From Candidatus Dormiibacterota bacterium (GTDB taxonomy: Bacteria > Chloroflexota > Dormibacteria > Aeolococcales > Aeolococcaceae): 39,685 nt of DNA. Of the stretch, positions 26,041 through 34,678 are shown piece after piece. The DNA lies in NCBI GenBank assembly GCA_035544475.1, contig DATKEY010000227.1, positions 1 through 39,685 of the forward strand. The letters run 5' to 3'. How positions within the stretch are numbered: the stretch's first letter is position 1; each line of letters opens with the position of its first letter. The translations under genes were made by a program, and so were the position numbers. A model generated the notes under the pieces. The model was not told the DNA's origin. It worked only from the letters and a program-made list of their open reading frames with translations, and did not search any database.

Positions 26041-26717
26041 GCGGGGACGACGTCGAGGATGCGGTCGACCGATCCGTCCGGCACCACACACGTCTGGAAC
26101 TGCGCCACGACGTCGGGTCCCTGGGCGGGGGGCACGCCGTTGGCCGCGGTCCAGTTCGCGATCACATAGGCGACGCGCCACACGTGCGCGGTGCCATTGC
26201 CGTCGTAGTAGGTGATGATCGCGCCCACGCCGAGGTGCATCAGCGGGGTGAAGACGCCGACGTTGTGGCCGACGAAGTACGTCGGTCCGGGGATGCAGGT
26301 GTCGATCGCCGCCTCGGTGTGGGTGAGCTCGGTGCGGCCGCTGCAGTCGGTGTACACGCCGACCGCGGTGTTGAGGGTGCCGTCACCGCTGGTGAGATGG
26401 TTGAACAGCCGCACCGGGGCGGGGGGCGGCGCCGCAGTGACCGGATGCGGCACCCGCGCCGCGACCGGCGCGGAGACGGCCTGCTGCACGACCGGGGCGG
26501 GGGTGGGCACCGGGGTCGGCACCGGGGTGGGGGCGGGCGTCGGCGCCGGGGTGGCGAGGGTGGTGTTGTGGTCGGCGTTCGGGACCAGGGCCGACGCGAC
26601 GGTCGCGGCGGCTGGGGCGCCGGCGACCGGCGAGGTGATCTGGGCGTGAACCGCGGCGAAGGCGCCGGCGAACGACGCGATGGCGGCGGCGGCCGTGAAC
26701 AGCCTGCGGAGGGGCAC
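26037..26717 (-). CDS. secreted protein with sortase-like (His/Cys/Arg) C-terminal domain, possibly class F sortase
   Basis: Track ORF of 226 aa with a GTG start and GGAG about 9 nt upstream. It has a signal peptide (AAAAIASFAGAFAAVHA) and a Pro/Thr linker. The C-domain pattern is YFVGHN..F..L..L..G..I......G...VWRV ... FQTCVVPDGSVDRIL, which parallels the sortase H / TLxTC / R arrangement. This is a pattern-level call only. Confidence 0.4.
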   Translation of the reverse strand: MPLRRLFTAAAAIASFAGAFAAVHAQITSPVAGAPAAATVASALVPNADHNTTLATPAPTPAPTPVPTPVPTPAPVVQQAVSAPVAARVPHPVTAAPPPAPVRLFNHLTSGDGTLNTAVGVYTDCSGRTELTHTEAAIDTCIPGPTYFVGHNVGVFTPLMHLGVGAIITYYDGNGTAHVWRVAYVIANWTAANGVPPAQGPDVVAQFQTCVVPDGSVDRILDVVPA

Positions 26718-26946
26718 AACAGCGCTCCGTGCTGTCGGCCCCGGTTGGCGACCCTTGGTAACCCGGCGGTCTGCGAGAGATCCGTGGCTTTGCGTCCCCT
26801 CCTCGCGGAGGGTTTGCCTTTGTCAGTGGTGCCGACGGGGGCAGTGTGCCCCTCCGGCGGCCTCCACGGAGCCCCCGGAACCCGCCCTCGACGCCCTCCC
26901 GGGATCCCTTTACCGAGTCGCGGACGATCGCGACAATCGCTAGGAG
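26718..26946 (-). other. long structured 5' leader of the sortase-like gene (unclassified)
   Basis: About 230 nt are non-coding and carry several perfect hairpins on the minus strand: CCCTCC-GCGA-GGAGGG (26798-26813, GNRA loop), GGGGCA-CAC-TGCCCC (26839-26853) and GTCGCG-N6-CGCGAC (26918-26935). No ORF with coding signature was found. Confidence 0.3.
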
Positions 26947-26961
26947 CGCGTCACACGCGCC
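26947..26961 (-). terminator. hairpin GCGCGT-GTG-ACGCGC 16 nt after the E1-beta stop
   Basis: Perfect 6-bp stem read from the sequence. There is no U-tract, which is common in high-GC actinobacteria. Confidence 0.3.
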
Positions 26962-26976
26962 GTCAGGGTGGTGGTC

Positions 26977-27969
26977 CTAGTGGGCCGCGAGGCGCCGGAT
27001 CGCCGCCGCCACCCGGGTGGCGTCGGGGAGGATGGCGAACTCCTCGGGGGCGTTGTAGGGGAGGTGGCAGTCGTCGGCGCCGATCCGCAGGATCGGTCCG
27101 TCGAGCTCGATGAAGAGCTCCTCGGCGATGAACGCCGCGATCTCGGCCGCCGGCCCCATGGTGCGGTTGGCCTCGTGGACGAGAAGCACCTTGCCGGTGC
27201 GGGTGACGGTCCGCGTCACCGCCTCACGGTCGAAGGGTGCCAGCGTGCGGAGGTCGACGATCTCGGTGGAGATCCCGTCCGAGGCGCAGGTCTCGGCGGC
27301 CTCGCGGGCGAGGTGGACACCCATGCCGTAGGTGATCACCGAGACGTCGGTCCCCTCGCGGTCGACGCGGGCGACGCCGAGGGGGATCACCTCCGAGCCG
27401 TCCTCGACGACCTCGCGGTGGCGCCGGTAGAGCGCCTTGTGCTCGAAGAACACCACCGGGTCGTCGTCGCGGATCGCCGCGCGGAGCAGCCCGCCGGCGT
27501 CACGGGGGGTCGCGGGTACGACCACCCGCAGCCCGGGGATGTGGCCGAAGAGCGCCTCGGTGCTCTGCGAGTGGTAGACGCCGCCGTGCACCCCGCCGCC
27601 GCTCGGGGCGCGGAAGACGACCGGGACCGCCCACGCGCCGACGCTGCGCCAGCGCATCGTCGCCGCCTGGTTGACGATCTGGTCGTACGCGGGATGCATG
27701 TAGTCGGCGAACTGGAACTCCGCCACCGGCCGCAGCCCCATCATCGCCGCGCCGATCGCGGCGCCGGCGATGACGATCTCCGAGATCGGGGTGTCGAGGA
27801 CCCGCATCGGGCCGAACTCCGCACGCAGCCCGTCGGTGACCTTGAACACCCCACCCTTGATCCCGACGTCCTGGCCCATCACGACGACCGCCGGGTCGCG
27901 CCGCATCTCGGCGCGCAGGGTGCCGTTGAGCACCTGGACCATGGTGCGGCCCTCGGGCGCCTCAGCCAT
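26977..27969 (-). CDS. 2-oxoacid (pyruvate/branched-chain/acetoin-type) dehydrogenase E1 component, beta subunit
   Basis: Track ORF of 330 aa with typical E1-beta blocks (VVVMGQDVG..GGVFKVT.GL...FG..RV.DTPISE; FQFADY; YHSQS; FFEHK). Confidence 0.9.
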   Translation of the reverse strand: MAEAPEGRTMVQVLNGTLRAEMRRDPAVVVMGQDVGIKGGVFKVTDGLRAEFGPMRVLDTPISEIVIAGAAIGAAMMGLRPVAEFQFADYMHPAYDQIVNQAATMRWRSVGAWAVPVVFRAPSGGGVHGGVYHSQSTEALFGHIPGLRVVVPATPRDAGGLLRAAIRDDDPVVFFEHKALYRRHREVVEDGSEVIPLGVARVDREGTDVSVITYGMGVHLAREAAETCASDGISTEIVDLRTLAPFDREAVTRTVTRTGKVLLVHEANRTMGPAAEIAAFIAEELFIELDGPILRIGADDCHLPYNAPEEFAILPDATRVAAAIRRLAAH

Positions 27970-29011
27970 CGAACACCCCGGTCCAGGTCGCGTAGCGTCC
28001 GGGGAGGGCGGCGCCCCCGTGCGGCGGATCCCCCGCGACGAGCCAGCGGCGCGCGCGCTCCGGCGTGGGCTCCGGCATCGCGAGGGCGAGGTCCTCGTCG
28101 GCGACCACCTGCTCGCGGGCCTCGCGCACCATCCGCTCGTCCTCGTCGATCGCGAGCAGCCCGCGTTCGATCAGGGTCTCGCGCAGCCGCGGCAGGGGGT
28201 CCGCGGCGGCGGCGGCGGCCCGCTGCTCGTCGGTGCGGTAGGCGTCGTCGTCCTGGGACGAGTGCGGCGTGATCCGCGGCACGCGCAGCTCGAGAAGGCT
28301 CGGCCCGCCGCCGGCGCGCGCACGCTCGACCGCCCTGCGGGTCGCGGTGAACACCGCCTCGGCGTCGGTGCCGTCGACGCTCTCGCCGGGCATCGCGTAC
28401 GCGGCGGCGCGGTCGCTCACCCGCTCGACCGGCATCTGCAGCGCCAGGGGCACGCTGATCGCGAGACCGTTGTTCTCGCAGAGGAAGACCACCGGCAGCC
28501 GGTGCACCCCGGCGAGGTTCATCGCCTCGTGGGTCGCGCCCTCGCTCGCGGCGCCGTCGCCGAACCAGCACAGGGCCACGCTGTCCTCGCCGCGCACCCG
28601 GGCCGCGTACGCGGCCCCGACGGCGTGGGGGATGTGGGCGGCGATCGCGCTCGAGATGCTGCCGATCCGCAGCGCGGGGCTGGAGAGGTGCATGGTGAGC
28701 TGGCGGCCGCCGGAGTGGGGATCGGCGCCGCGCGCGAGGCCACCGAGGAGGATCTCGTACGGCGTGACACCGAGCGCCATCCCCACGCCCATGTCGCGGT
28801 AGTAGCACCACGCGGAGTCGTGGCCGCGGCGCATCGCCGCGGCGCTGGCGATCTGGGCGACCTCGTGACCGCGGGCGGTGAGGACGAAGCCGGCCCGGCC
28901 CTGGCGGGAGAGCAGCCAGAGCTGGTGGTCGACGGCACGGGTGAGCACCGCGATGCGGTAGATGCGCACCAGCAGTCCGTCGGGGATCGGGGGTTCCGCC
29001 GGCGCGCTCAC
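27962..29011 (-). CDS. 2-oxoacid dehydrogenase E1 component, alpha subunit (TPP-binding)
   Basis: This is the in-frame C-terminal 349 aa of track ORF 27962..29359. GTG 29011 is the first start downstream of the GGDEF gene stop, with only a weak ribosome-binding site. The TPP motif is FGDGAASEGATHEAMNLAGVHRLPVVFLCENNG. It overlaps the E1-beta start by 8 nt. Confidence 0.85.
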   Translation of the reverse strand: MSAPAEPPIPDGLLVRIYRIAVLTRAVDHQLWLLSRQGRAGFVLTARGHEVAQIASAAAMRRGHDSAWCYYRDMGVGMALGVTPYEILLGGLARGADPHSGGRQLTMHLSSPALRIGSISSAIAAHIPHAVGAAYAARVRGEDSVALCWFGDGAASEGATHEAMNLAGVHRLPVVFLCENNGLAISVPLALQMPVERVSDRAAAYAMPGESVDGTDAEAVFTATRRAVERARAGGGPSLLELRVPRITPHSSQDDDAYRTDEQRAAAAAADPLPRLRETLIERGLLAIDEDERMVREAREQVVADEDLALAMPEPTPERARRWLVAGDPPHGGAALPGRYATWTGVFDG

Positions 29012-29048
29012 GAGCAGCCGATGATACGGGCGCCCGCCCGCGCCGGGC

Positions 29049-30227
29049 TCAGCCCGCGGCTGCCCGGGGACTGCTCCGCTGCGGTGCCGGGGGGAGGGTC
29101 CCCTCCGGCTTGTAGGCGACCGCCCGGTCGCGCTGCTCCTTGGCGCGGTACAGCGCGATGTCGGCGCGCTGCACCACCTCCTCGGCGTTGCCGCCGTCGG
29201 TCGGGAAGACCGCGAGCCCGACGCTGACCGTGACCGGCACCGGCCCCTTCGGCAGCCGGATGGCGGTGGTCTCGCTCCGGATCGCCTCGCGGAGACGCTC
29301 GGCGACCTCGAGCGCGTCGTCGGCACCGAGACCCGGAAGCAGCACCAGGAACTCCTCACCGCCGTACCGGTACGCGTGGTCGGAGCCCTGGCGCAGTCCC
29401 TGCGTCTGCAGCACCCGGCCGATCACCCGGAGGATGTCGTCGCCGAATCTGTGACCGTAGGTGTCGTTGTATGTCTTGAAGTTGTCGACGTCGGCGAGCA
29501 GCACGGTGAGCGGGTAGCCGATGCGCTCGGCGCGCACGACCTCCTCGGCGAGCCGGTTGTCGAGCGCACGCCGGTTGCCGAGCCCGGTGAGCGCGTCGGT
29601 GACCGATCGTGCTTCGGCGAGCGCGCGCAGGTGCTCGCGCTCGCGGGTGATGACCACCGTCAGGCCGGTGACGATGGCGACGATGAACAGCCGGAACACC
29701 AGCTCGTCCCAGTGGATCTGGAAGGTCCCCGGGCTGGCGCCGATGCTCTCGCCGATGCGCCGTGAGGCGATGAGGACTCCGCCGTAGGCGGCGAGGAACG
29801 CGAAGGCGATCCAGGTCTTGCGCGGATAGTTCACCGCGATCTCGATCGCGATGACGCTGAAGAGCGCGAAGCCGGTGTTGTAGTGGTTGTTGCTCAGCAG
29901 CAGCACCCATCCTGCGCAGATCAGGAAGTCGCCGACGATGAACGCCCCGACCAACCGCTCGGCGAACCACGCCGAGCGTTTGTGGATCGGCTTCAGACCG
30001 AAGAAGGCGATCGAGTTGTACGCGGCCAGGGCGATGGTCATGGCCACGAGGCCCGCCCGCGAGATGGGCGCCGGCTGCCAGTCCTTCGGACTGGCCTGGA
30101 TCCCGAACGCGAGCCCGAACCCGACGACGACCGCGATCCAGCGCCCGACCGAGATCGACCACTGGGTCTTCAGCCACTCCTCGGCTGCGCTCGTCGGCTC
30201 TGCCGGGGAATCACCGCCGATGCTCAC
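29049..30227 (-). CDS. membrane-bound diguanylate cyclase (GGDEF domain, GGEEF active site)
   Basis: Track ORF of 392 aa with about 6 N-terminal TM helices. The GGDEF domain motifs are DALTGLGNRRAL, LLADVDNFKTYNDTYGH, YRYGGEEFLVLLP and ALYRAKEQ. Confidence 0.85.
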   Translation of the reverse strand: MSIGGDSPAEPTSAAEEWLKTQWSISVGRWIAVVVGFGLAFGIQASPKDWQPAPISRAGLVAMTIALAAYNSIAFFGLKPIHKRSAWFAERLVGAFIVGDFLICAGWVLLLSNNHYNTGFALFSVIAIEIAVNYPRKTWIAFAFLAAYGGVLIASRRIGESIGASPGTFQIHWDELVFRLFIVAIVTGLTVVITREREHLRALAEARSVTDALTGLGNRRALDNRLAEEVVRAERIGYPLTVLLADVDNFKTYNDTYGHRFGDDILRVIGRVLQTQGLRQGSDHAYRYGGEEFLVLLPGLGADDALEVAERLREAIRSETTAIRLPKGPVPVTVSVGLAVFPTDGGNAEEVVQRADIALYRAKEQRDRAVAYKPEGTLPPAPQRSSPRAAAG

Positions 30228-30310
30228 CCACGGCCCCCATAGCCCTGACCGGCCGGACCCCCACCCGTCCGGCGCGCGGCGCCACTCCGTATGTGATCGG
30301 CATCTTAAGT

Positions 30311-30331
30311 GAGAAACGGCCGCGGACGGCC
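30311..30331 (-). terminator. hairpin GGCCG-TCCG-CGGCC followed by GTTTCTC
   Basis: It lies 24 nt downstream of the stop of the 30355..31410 gene on the minus strand, and a T-rich tail is present. Confidence 0.4.
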
Positions 30332-30354
30332 ATTGGGTGCACGGCCGAGTCTCC

Positions 30355-31410
30355 TCAGGCTCCGGCGGAGGCGGCCACAGGCCGCGCGGGCAGCACGAGC
30401 AGTCCGATCAGCCAGCCCTCCGCCGCCGCGAGCAGGATCGCGCCCGTCCAGACGTGTGTGGGCCACCACACACCGCGGGCGGCGACGAGCGCGGCGAAAT
30501 ACGCGGTGTATGCCGCCGCGGGCCAGAGAGCCGCAAATGCGAGAAACCGACGGCGGCTGCGCGGTGACGCACGAAGCACACGCACCAGGAGGTCGCCGAG
30601 CAGCCCCATCCCGATGGCGAGAAGCGCCAGGGGGCCGATGTGGTCGACCGACGTGACCAGGAAGCCGTTGAGGCCGGCGATCACGGTGAGCGACCCCACC
30701 GGCAGCCGCAGGTGGGCGAGGAGGAGCAGCGCGATCCCGACGAGAAGCCCCGCCTGCACGAGGACACCGAGCAGGCCGAGCTGCATCTCACGGTTGCGCA
30801 GCCCGAGAACCGGGGGCGGGGCCGCGCCGGCCGCCCAGAGGTTGCTGAGCGGGTGGTCGAACTGGGTCAGGTAGGTGAGAACGCTGAGGGTCAGCGCCGC
30901 CGAGAGCACCGCCGGCCACGGGGCCGCCGCGCTCCGGCTGCTCCAGGCGAGCCGCAGCGGGCCGCTCACGATCAGGCCGGTGCTCACCGTGAGCAGCACG
31001 TGGGGTGGGCTGACCAGCCCGTTCACCCCGGTCTCGACCCCGAAGATCGTGTGCCAGGCGCCGTCGAGGGCCCCGGAGGCCGCGAAGAGCGCGCAGCCGG
31101 TGAGCGAGAGGCCGTAGCCCGACGCCCAGTCCCAGGCGAGCCCACGGCCGATGCGGCTGTGGCGCAGCACGAGCAGATAGGCGGTGGTCGCGAGCATCCC
31201 CGAGTAGAGGACGGCGTGCCACGGGGTGAGGAAGGACTCGGCGAGGCGGAGGTGGGAGTGCGCCCAGACGTCGAGGTAGCCACCGCCGACGATCCACGAG
31301 GACAGAGCGACCAGCCCCCAGTCGGCGCGGCCGCCGGCCACGTCCGCGGCGGCGGCGGAGGGCGCCGCCGAGCGGAGAGAAGCGGACCTCCCCCCGGTGA
31401 TCGTCGCCAT
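30355..31410 (-). CDS. polytopic integral membrane protein, unknown function
   Basis: The track ORF is 30355..31473. ATG 31410 is directly preceded by GGGAGGGAG. It has about 9 hydrophobic segments and recurring His motifs (YLDVWAHSH, TPWH, GAWH, SPPH, FDH). Confidence 0.6.
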   Translation of the reverse strand: MATITGGRSASLRSAAPSAAAADVAGGRADWGLVALSSWIVGGGYLDVWAHSHLRLAESFLTPWHAVLYSGMLATTAYLLVLRHSRIGRGLAWDWASGYGLSLTGCALFAASGALDGAWHTIFGVETGVNGLVSPPHVLLTVSTGLIVSGPLRLAWSSRSAAAPWPAVLSAALTLSVLTYLTQFDHPLSNLWAAGAAPPPVLGLRNREMQLGLLGVLVQAGLLVGIALLLLAHLRLPVGSLTVIAGLNGFLVTSVDHIGPLALLAIGMGLLGDLLVRVLRASPRSRRRFLAFAALWPAAAYTAYFAALVAARGVWWPTHVWTGAILLAAAEGWLIGLLVLPARPVAASAGA

Positions 31411-31497
31411 GCTCCCTCCCGCGCGCCGGCCACAGCCGGGAGTTCGCGCACCGCCAGTGTAGGACCCCGGCACCGTGCGCGAGCCCCGGATCCGCCT

Positions 31498-32748
31498 CTA
31501 CCGGCCGGGCACCCCGTCCTCGGCGGCCGGCGCGGCGTCGGTCGGGAAGGTGAGAGCCTGGACGGCGGCCTCGAGCAGCCCGCGTGGCCGCTCCCCGGGG
31601 GCCGGGTGGGCCCGCACCCGCGCCACGAGCACCGGACCGCGCACCCCGCGGAGGTGGCGGGGGAGCGCCCGCGACCAGCGGAACTCGTCGCCGGTGGCCT
31701 CGCGCACCTCGGCGGTGGCGACGACGTAGCCGGGACGGGCGGCGGCGGTCAGCCGGCTTGCGAGGTTCACCGCGTGCCCGTACCAGTCGGCGCCGACCTC
31801 GACCGCGGGGCCGGAGGCGACGCCGGCGCGGAGCTGGGGGAAGTCCTCGCCCTCGGCGTCGACGGCGGCGACGAGGCGGAGCAGGCAGTCGACGAGGGGA
31901 CCGGCCTCGGGGGAGACGAACATCACCGCGTCGCCGATGGTCTTGACGATCGCCACCTGCGGCCCGGCGAGCTCGTACGCGAGGGTGACCAGGCGTCCCG
32001 CGACCCGTCCGATCTCGTCGGCGTGGACCCGGTTTCCCAGGCGGGTGAAGCCGACCAGGTCGGCGAAGGCGACGCAGATGTCGCGGGCACCGCGCACCCC
32101 GCCGGTCTCGCGCTCGACCCGGCCGACCGCCTCCTGGCGCAGCGCCTCGCGGAGATGGCCGCGGAACTGGTAGATCCCGAGCGCGGTGACGAGGGGGAAG
32201 AACTCGTCGGCGGCCCTCACGTACCGGCGGCTCACGTCGAGCTCGGAGTCGCCGGCGCGGACGAGGACCCGGGCGGCGACCCGGGTGATCGCCCGGGCGA
32301 TGCTCGAGACCCCCTGGCCGGCGACCCGGCAGACGTCGACGATGTCGTCGGCGGGGATCCCCGCCTCGAGAAGCCTGGCCAGAGCGCTCGCAGCGGTGAG
32401 GTCGGCGTTGGTGAGCTCGGACACCGGCGAGAGCCCGGCGGCGCGCCGGAACTCGTCGAGCTGGGCGCGGCTGAGCCCGGTGCGGCGTTCGAGGGTCTCG
32501 TCGGAGTACTGCCGGCCGCCGCGCAGGATCAGGTCGGTGAGCAGGAGCGAGAGCCGGTCGCTCTCGACGGCGTCGAGCAGGTCCTCGCGCTCGACCCCCT
32601 CGTCGAGGAGCTCGCGGATCAGCCGCCGCCGCGCCCGCCGCTCCGCCTCGGTCTCGGCGCCCGCGAGCAGCGGGTCGCCGGGGGCGAGGCGTGCCCGCCG
32701 TCGCGGCGGGCTCGCCTCGGTGTCGTCTCCATCCCCGGGTGCGGTCAT
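31498..32748 (-). CDS. class III adenylate/guanylate cyclase with helical N-terminal domain
   Basis: Track ORF of 416 aa. The ATG overlaps the P450 stop (ATGA at 32745-32748). The catalytic motifs are VAFADLVGFT, KTIGDAVMF, RAGVASGP and GHAVNLASRL. Confidence 0.8.
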   Translation of the reverse strand: MTAPGDGDDTEASPPRRRARLAPGDPLLAGAETEAERRARRRLIRELLDEGVEREDLLDAVESDRLSLLLTDLILRGGRQYSDETLERRTGLSRAQLDEFRRAAGLSPVSELTNADLTAASALARLLEAGIPADDIVDVCRVAGQGVSSIARAITRVAARVLVRAGDSELDVSRRYVRAADEFFPLVTALGIYQFRGHLREALRQEAVGRVERETGGVRGARDICVAFADLVGFTRLGNRVHADEIGRVAGRLVTLAYELAGPQVAIVKTIGDAVMFVSPEAGPLVDCLLRLVAAVDAEGEDFPQLRAGVASGPAVEVGADWYGHAVNLASRLTAAARPGYVVATAEVREATGDEFRWSRALPRHLRGVRGPVLVARVRAHPAPGERPRGLLEAAVQALTFPTDAAPAAEDGVPGR

Positions 32749-34046
32749 GCCCCGATTGTGGGCGACGGGGCTCGACCGGCGACCTGGACGGGCAGCGACA
32801 CCAGGCCGCGGAGCAGGATCCCGGGCCGCCAGCGCAGCTGCTCCGGTGGGACCGCGAGCCGCACGTCCGGGAAGCGCCGCACGAGCTCGCCGATCGCGAT
32901 CCGCCCCTCGAGCCGGGCGAGCGGAGCCCCGAGGCAGTAGTGGGGGCCGAGCCCGAAGGAGAGGTGGCGGTTCTCCGTGCGTCCGAGGTCGAGCCGCTCC
33001 GCGTCGGCGAACTGGGTGCCGTCGGCGTTCGCCGAGGCCACGCCGACGAGCACGAGCGCCCCCCGGGGGATGGTGACCCCGCCGAGGTCGACGTCCTCAC
33101 GTGCGTAGCGCTCGCTCGCGTGGTCGACGGGGCAGGCGAGACGCAGCAGCTCCTCGACGGCGGGGCCGATGAGGCCCGGGTCGTCGCGGAGCCGGGCGAG
33201 CTGGTCGGGGTTGCGGAGCAGCAGCAGCGTCCCCGTGGCGATGAGGTTGACGGTGGTCTCGTAGCCGGCGATGAGCAGGACGAACACCATGGCGAGGAGC
33301 TCGTCGTCGTCGAGCCGATCGCCGCTCGCGTCGGGGGCCGCGAGCCGGCTGATGAGGTCGTCCCGAGGATCGAGGCGCCGCTCGGCGATGAGGCGCCGGA
33401 GCAGGCGCATCATCGCGAGCACGTCGGGGAGCCTCATCAGCATGCGCAGCGTCGGCCGGGTCGACGGACGCGCGCCGAGCAGGGTGGTCACGTAGCGGCG
33501 GAAGCGCATCCGGTCGCGCTCGGACACGCCCATGACCTCGGCGATCACGGTGAGCGGCAGCGGCAGCGCGAAGGCGGCGACGAGGTCGGCACTGGTCGAG
33601 CCGGCGAGCCCGTCGAGGAGCTCGGACGTGAGCGTCACGATCCGCGGCTCGAGCTGGGCCATGTACCGCGGCGCGAAGGTCTCCTGGACGAGGCTCCGCA
33701 GCCGCCGGTGGTCCGCCCCGTCGGCGTCGAGCATCGTCCTCTGCAGCGGCCGCAGCGACCTCGGCGCCCACGGGAGGCGGAGGTCGCCGGGGTCGCGGGC
33801 GTTGCGGACGTTCTTGACGAAGCGCTCGTCGCGAAGGACGAGCGCGGCCTCGGCGTACCTGGTGACGACATACGCGTGGCCGTCGGCGAACGGCGCGGGG
33901 ATGCGCACCACCGGCCCCTGCGCGCGAAGCCGGGCGCAGGCGGGGAGGGGGTCCGCCTTGAACACGGCGGAGTCGATCTCGACCGCCGTCGGGAGGGCGG
34001 TGGTGGTCGGGGTGGGCGTCGTCGTCGTCGTCGCGGTCATCGTCAT
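32745..34046 (-). CDS. cytochrome P450
   Basis: This is the in-frame part of track ORF 32745..34109. ATG 34046 overlaps the tetR stop (ATGA at 34043-34046). The I-helix is LLIAGYETT, the ExxR motif is EELLR, and the heme loop is FGLGPHYCLGAPLA. Confidence 0.9.
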   Translation of the reverse strand: MTMTATTTTTPTPTTTALPTAVEIDSAVFKADPLPACARLRAQGPVVRIPAPFADGHAYVVTRYAEAALVLRDERFVKNVRNARDPGDLRLPWAPRSLRPLQRTMLDADGADHRRLRSLVQETFAPRYMAQLEPRIVTLTSELLDGLAGSTSADLVAAFALPLPLTVIAEVMGVSERDRMRFRRYVTTLLGARPSTRPTLRMLMRLPDVLAMMRLLRRLIAERRLDPRDDLISRLAAPDASGDRLDDDELLAMVFVLLIAGYETTVNLIATGTLLLLRNPDQLARLRDDPGLIGPAVEELLRLACPVDHASERYAREDVDLGGVTIPRGALVLVGVASANADGTQFADAERLDLGRTENRHLSFGLGPHYCLGAPLARLEGRIAIGELVRRFPDVRLAVPPEQLRWRPGILLRGLVSLPVQVAGRAPSPTIGA

Positions 34047-34651
34047 CCCCTCTCTCTCGGCGGCCCCTTGAACCAGAGTCCGGTCAGGAACTCGGGAAGC
34101 TCGTCCCATCGCCGGGCGAGCACCGGCTCCTCGAGGATCGCGAGCATCAGCAGCCCGAGCCCGGTGGCGGCGGCGACCCGGACCAGCAGCTCCGGATCGA
34201 GATCGCCGAGCTCGCCGGCCCTCGCCCGGCGGGCGAGCTCGGCGTCGGCGGCCTCGTACGCCTCGGCGACCCGCTCCGCGAAGGCCTCCCGCAGGTCGGC
34301 GTCGGCCAGGAGCTCGGGGAGCACGGCGGTGAACAGCCCGCGGGTCTCGCGAACCTGCGCGAACCGCCGCGCCATGTACGTCCGTGAGAACTCGCGAAGG
34401 TCCATCCCCGCGTGCTCGGCGAAGTCGTCGCGGCGCTCGGCGAACCGTCCCAGCTGGGCGATGAGCGCGAGCAGCAGCTCCTGCTTGCTCGAGAAGTAGA
34501 GGTAGATGGTGCCGTCGGCGATCCCGGCCTCGCGAGCGATGTCACGCACCGTGGTGCGGTGGTAGCCGCGCTCGGCGAGGACCCGCGCGGCGGCGTCGAG
34601 GATCTGGGTCCGGCGCCGGTCGCCGCGCTCCTCGTCGCCGATGGCCCGCAT
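34043..34651 (-). CDS. TetR/AcrR-family transcriptional regulator
   Basis: The track ORF runs to 34693, but the first codons there (AAG CTT CAT TCA CCT) are AT3-rich and lie inside the palindrome. ATG 34651 is preceded by GAGAGGG, and ATG 34672 is an alternative start. The HTH is [37 protein letters not shown]. Confidence 0.85.
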   Translation of the reverse strand: MRAIGDEERGDRRRTQILDAAARVLAERGYHRTTVRDIAREAGIADGTIYLYFSSKQELLLALIAQLGRFAERRDDFAEHAGMDLREFSRTYMARRFAQVRETRGLFTAVLPELLADADLREAFAERVAEAYEAADAELARRARAGELGDLDPELLVRVAAATGLGLLMLAILEEPVLARRWDELPEFLTGLWFKGPPRERG

Positions 34652-34678
34652 CGCCCGCCCTCTCGTGCCCATCCCAGG

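Noticed and set aside
26491-26555. Short-period GC-rich tandem repeat (ggggtgggcaccggggtcggcaccggggtggggg...)
   Set aside because: This is not a CRISPR array or a non-coding repeat. It is the in-frame Pro/Thr/Ala/Val linker (TPAPTPAPTPVPTPVPTPAP) of the sortase-like protein. Similar linkers occur in the Mas gene (~5800-5940) and in 38300-38470.
26718-26976. Known riboswitch classes (ydaO/c-di-AMP, cobalamin, glycine, ZTP, TPP) in the long leader
   Set aside because: Partial resemblances (CCGACAGC, GCACCACUG, ACAAAGGCAAACC) do not extend to the conserved cores of those classes. The region is kept only as an unclassified structured leader.
29012-29359. Long version of the E1-alpha ORF starting at 29359
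   Set aside because: It would overlap the 3' end of the GGDEF gene by about 310 nt in another frame with an R/S/P-rich translation. E1-alpha homology begins just after GTG 29011.
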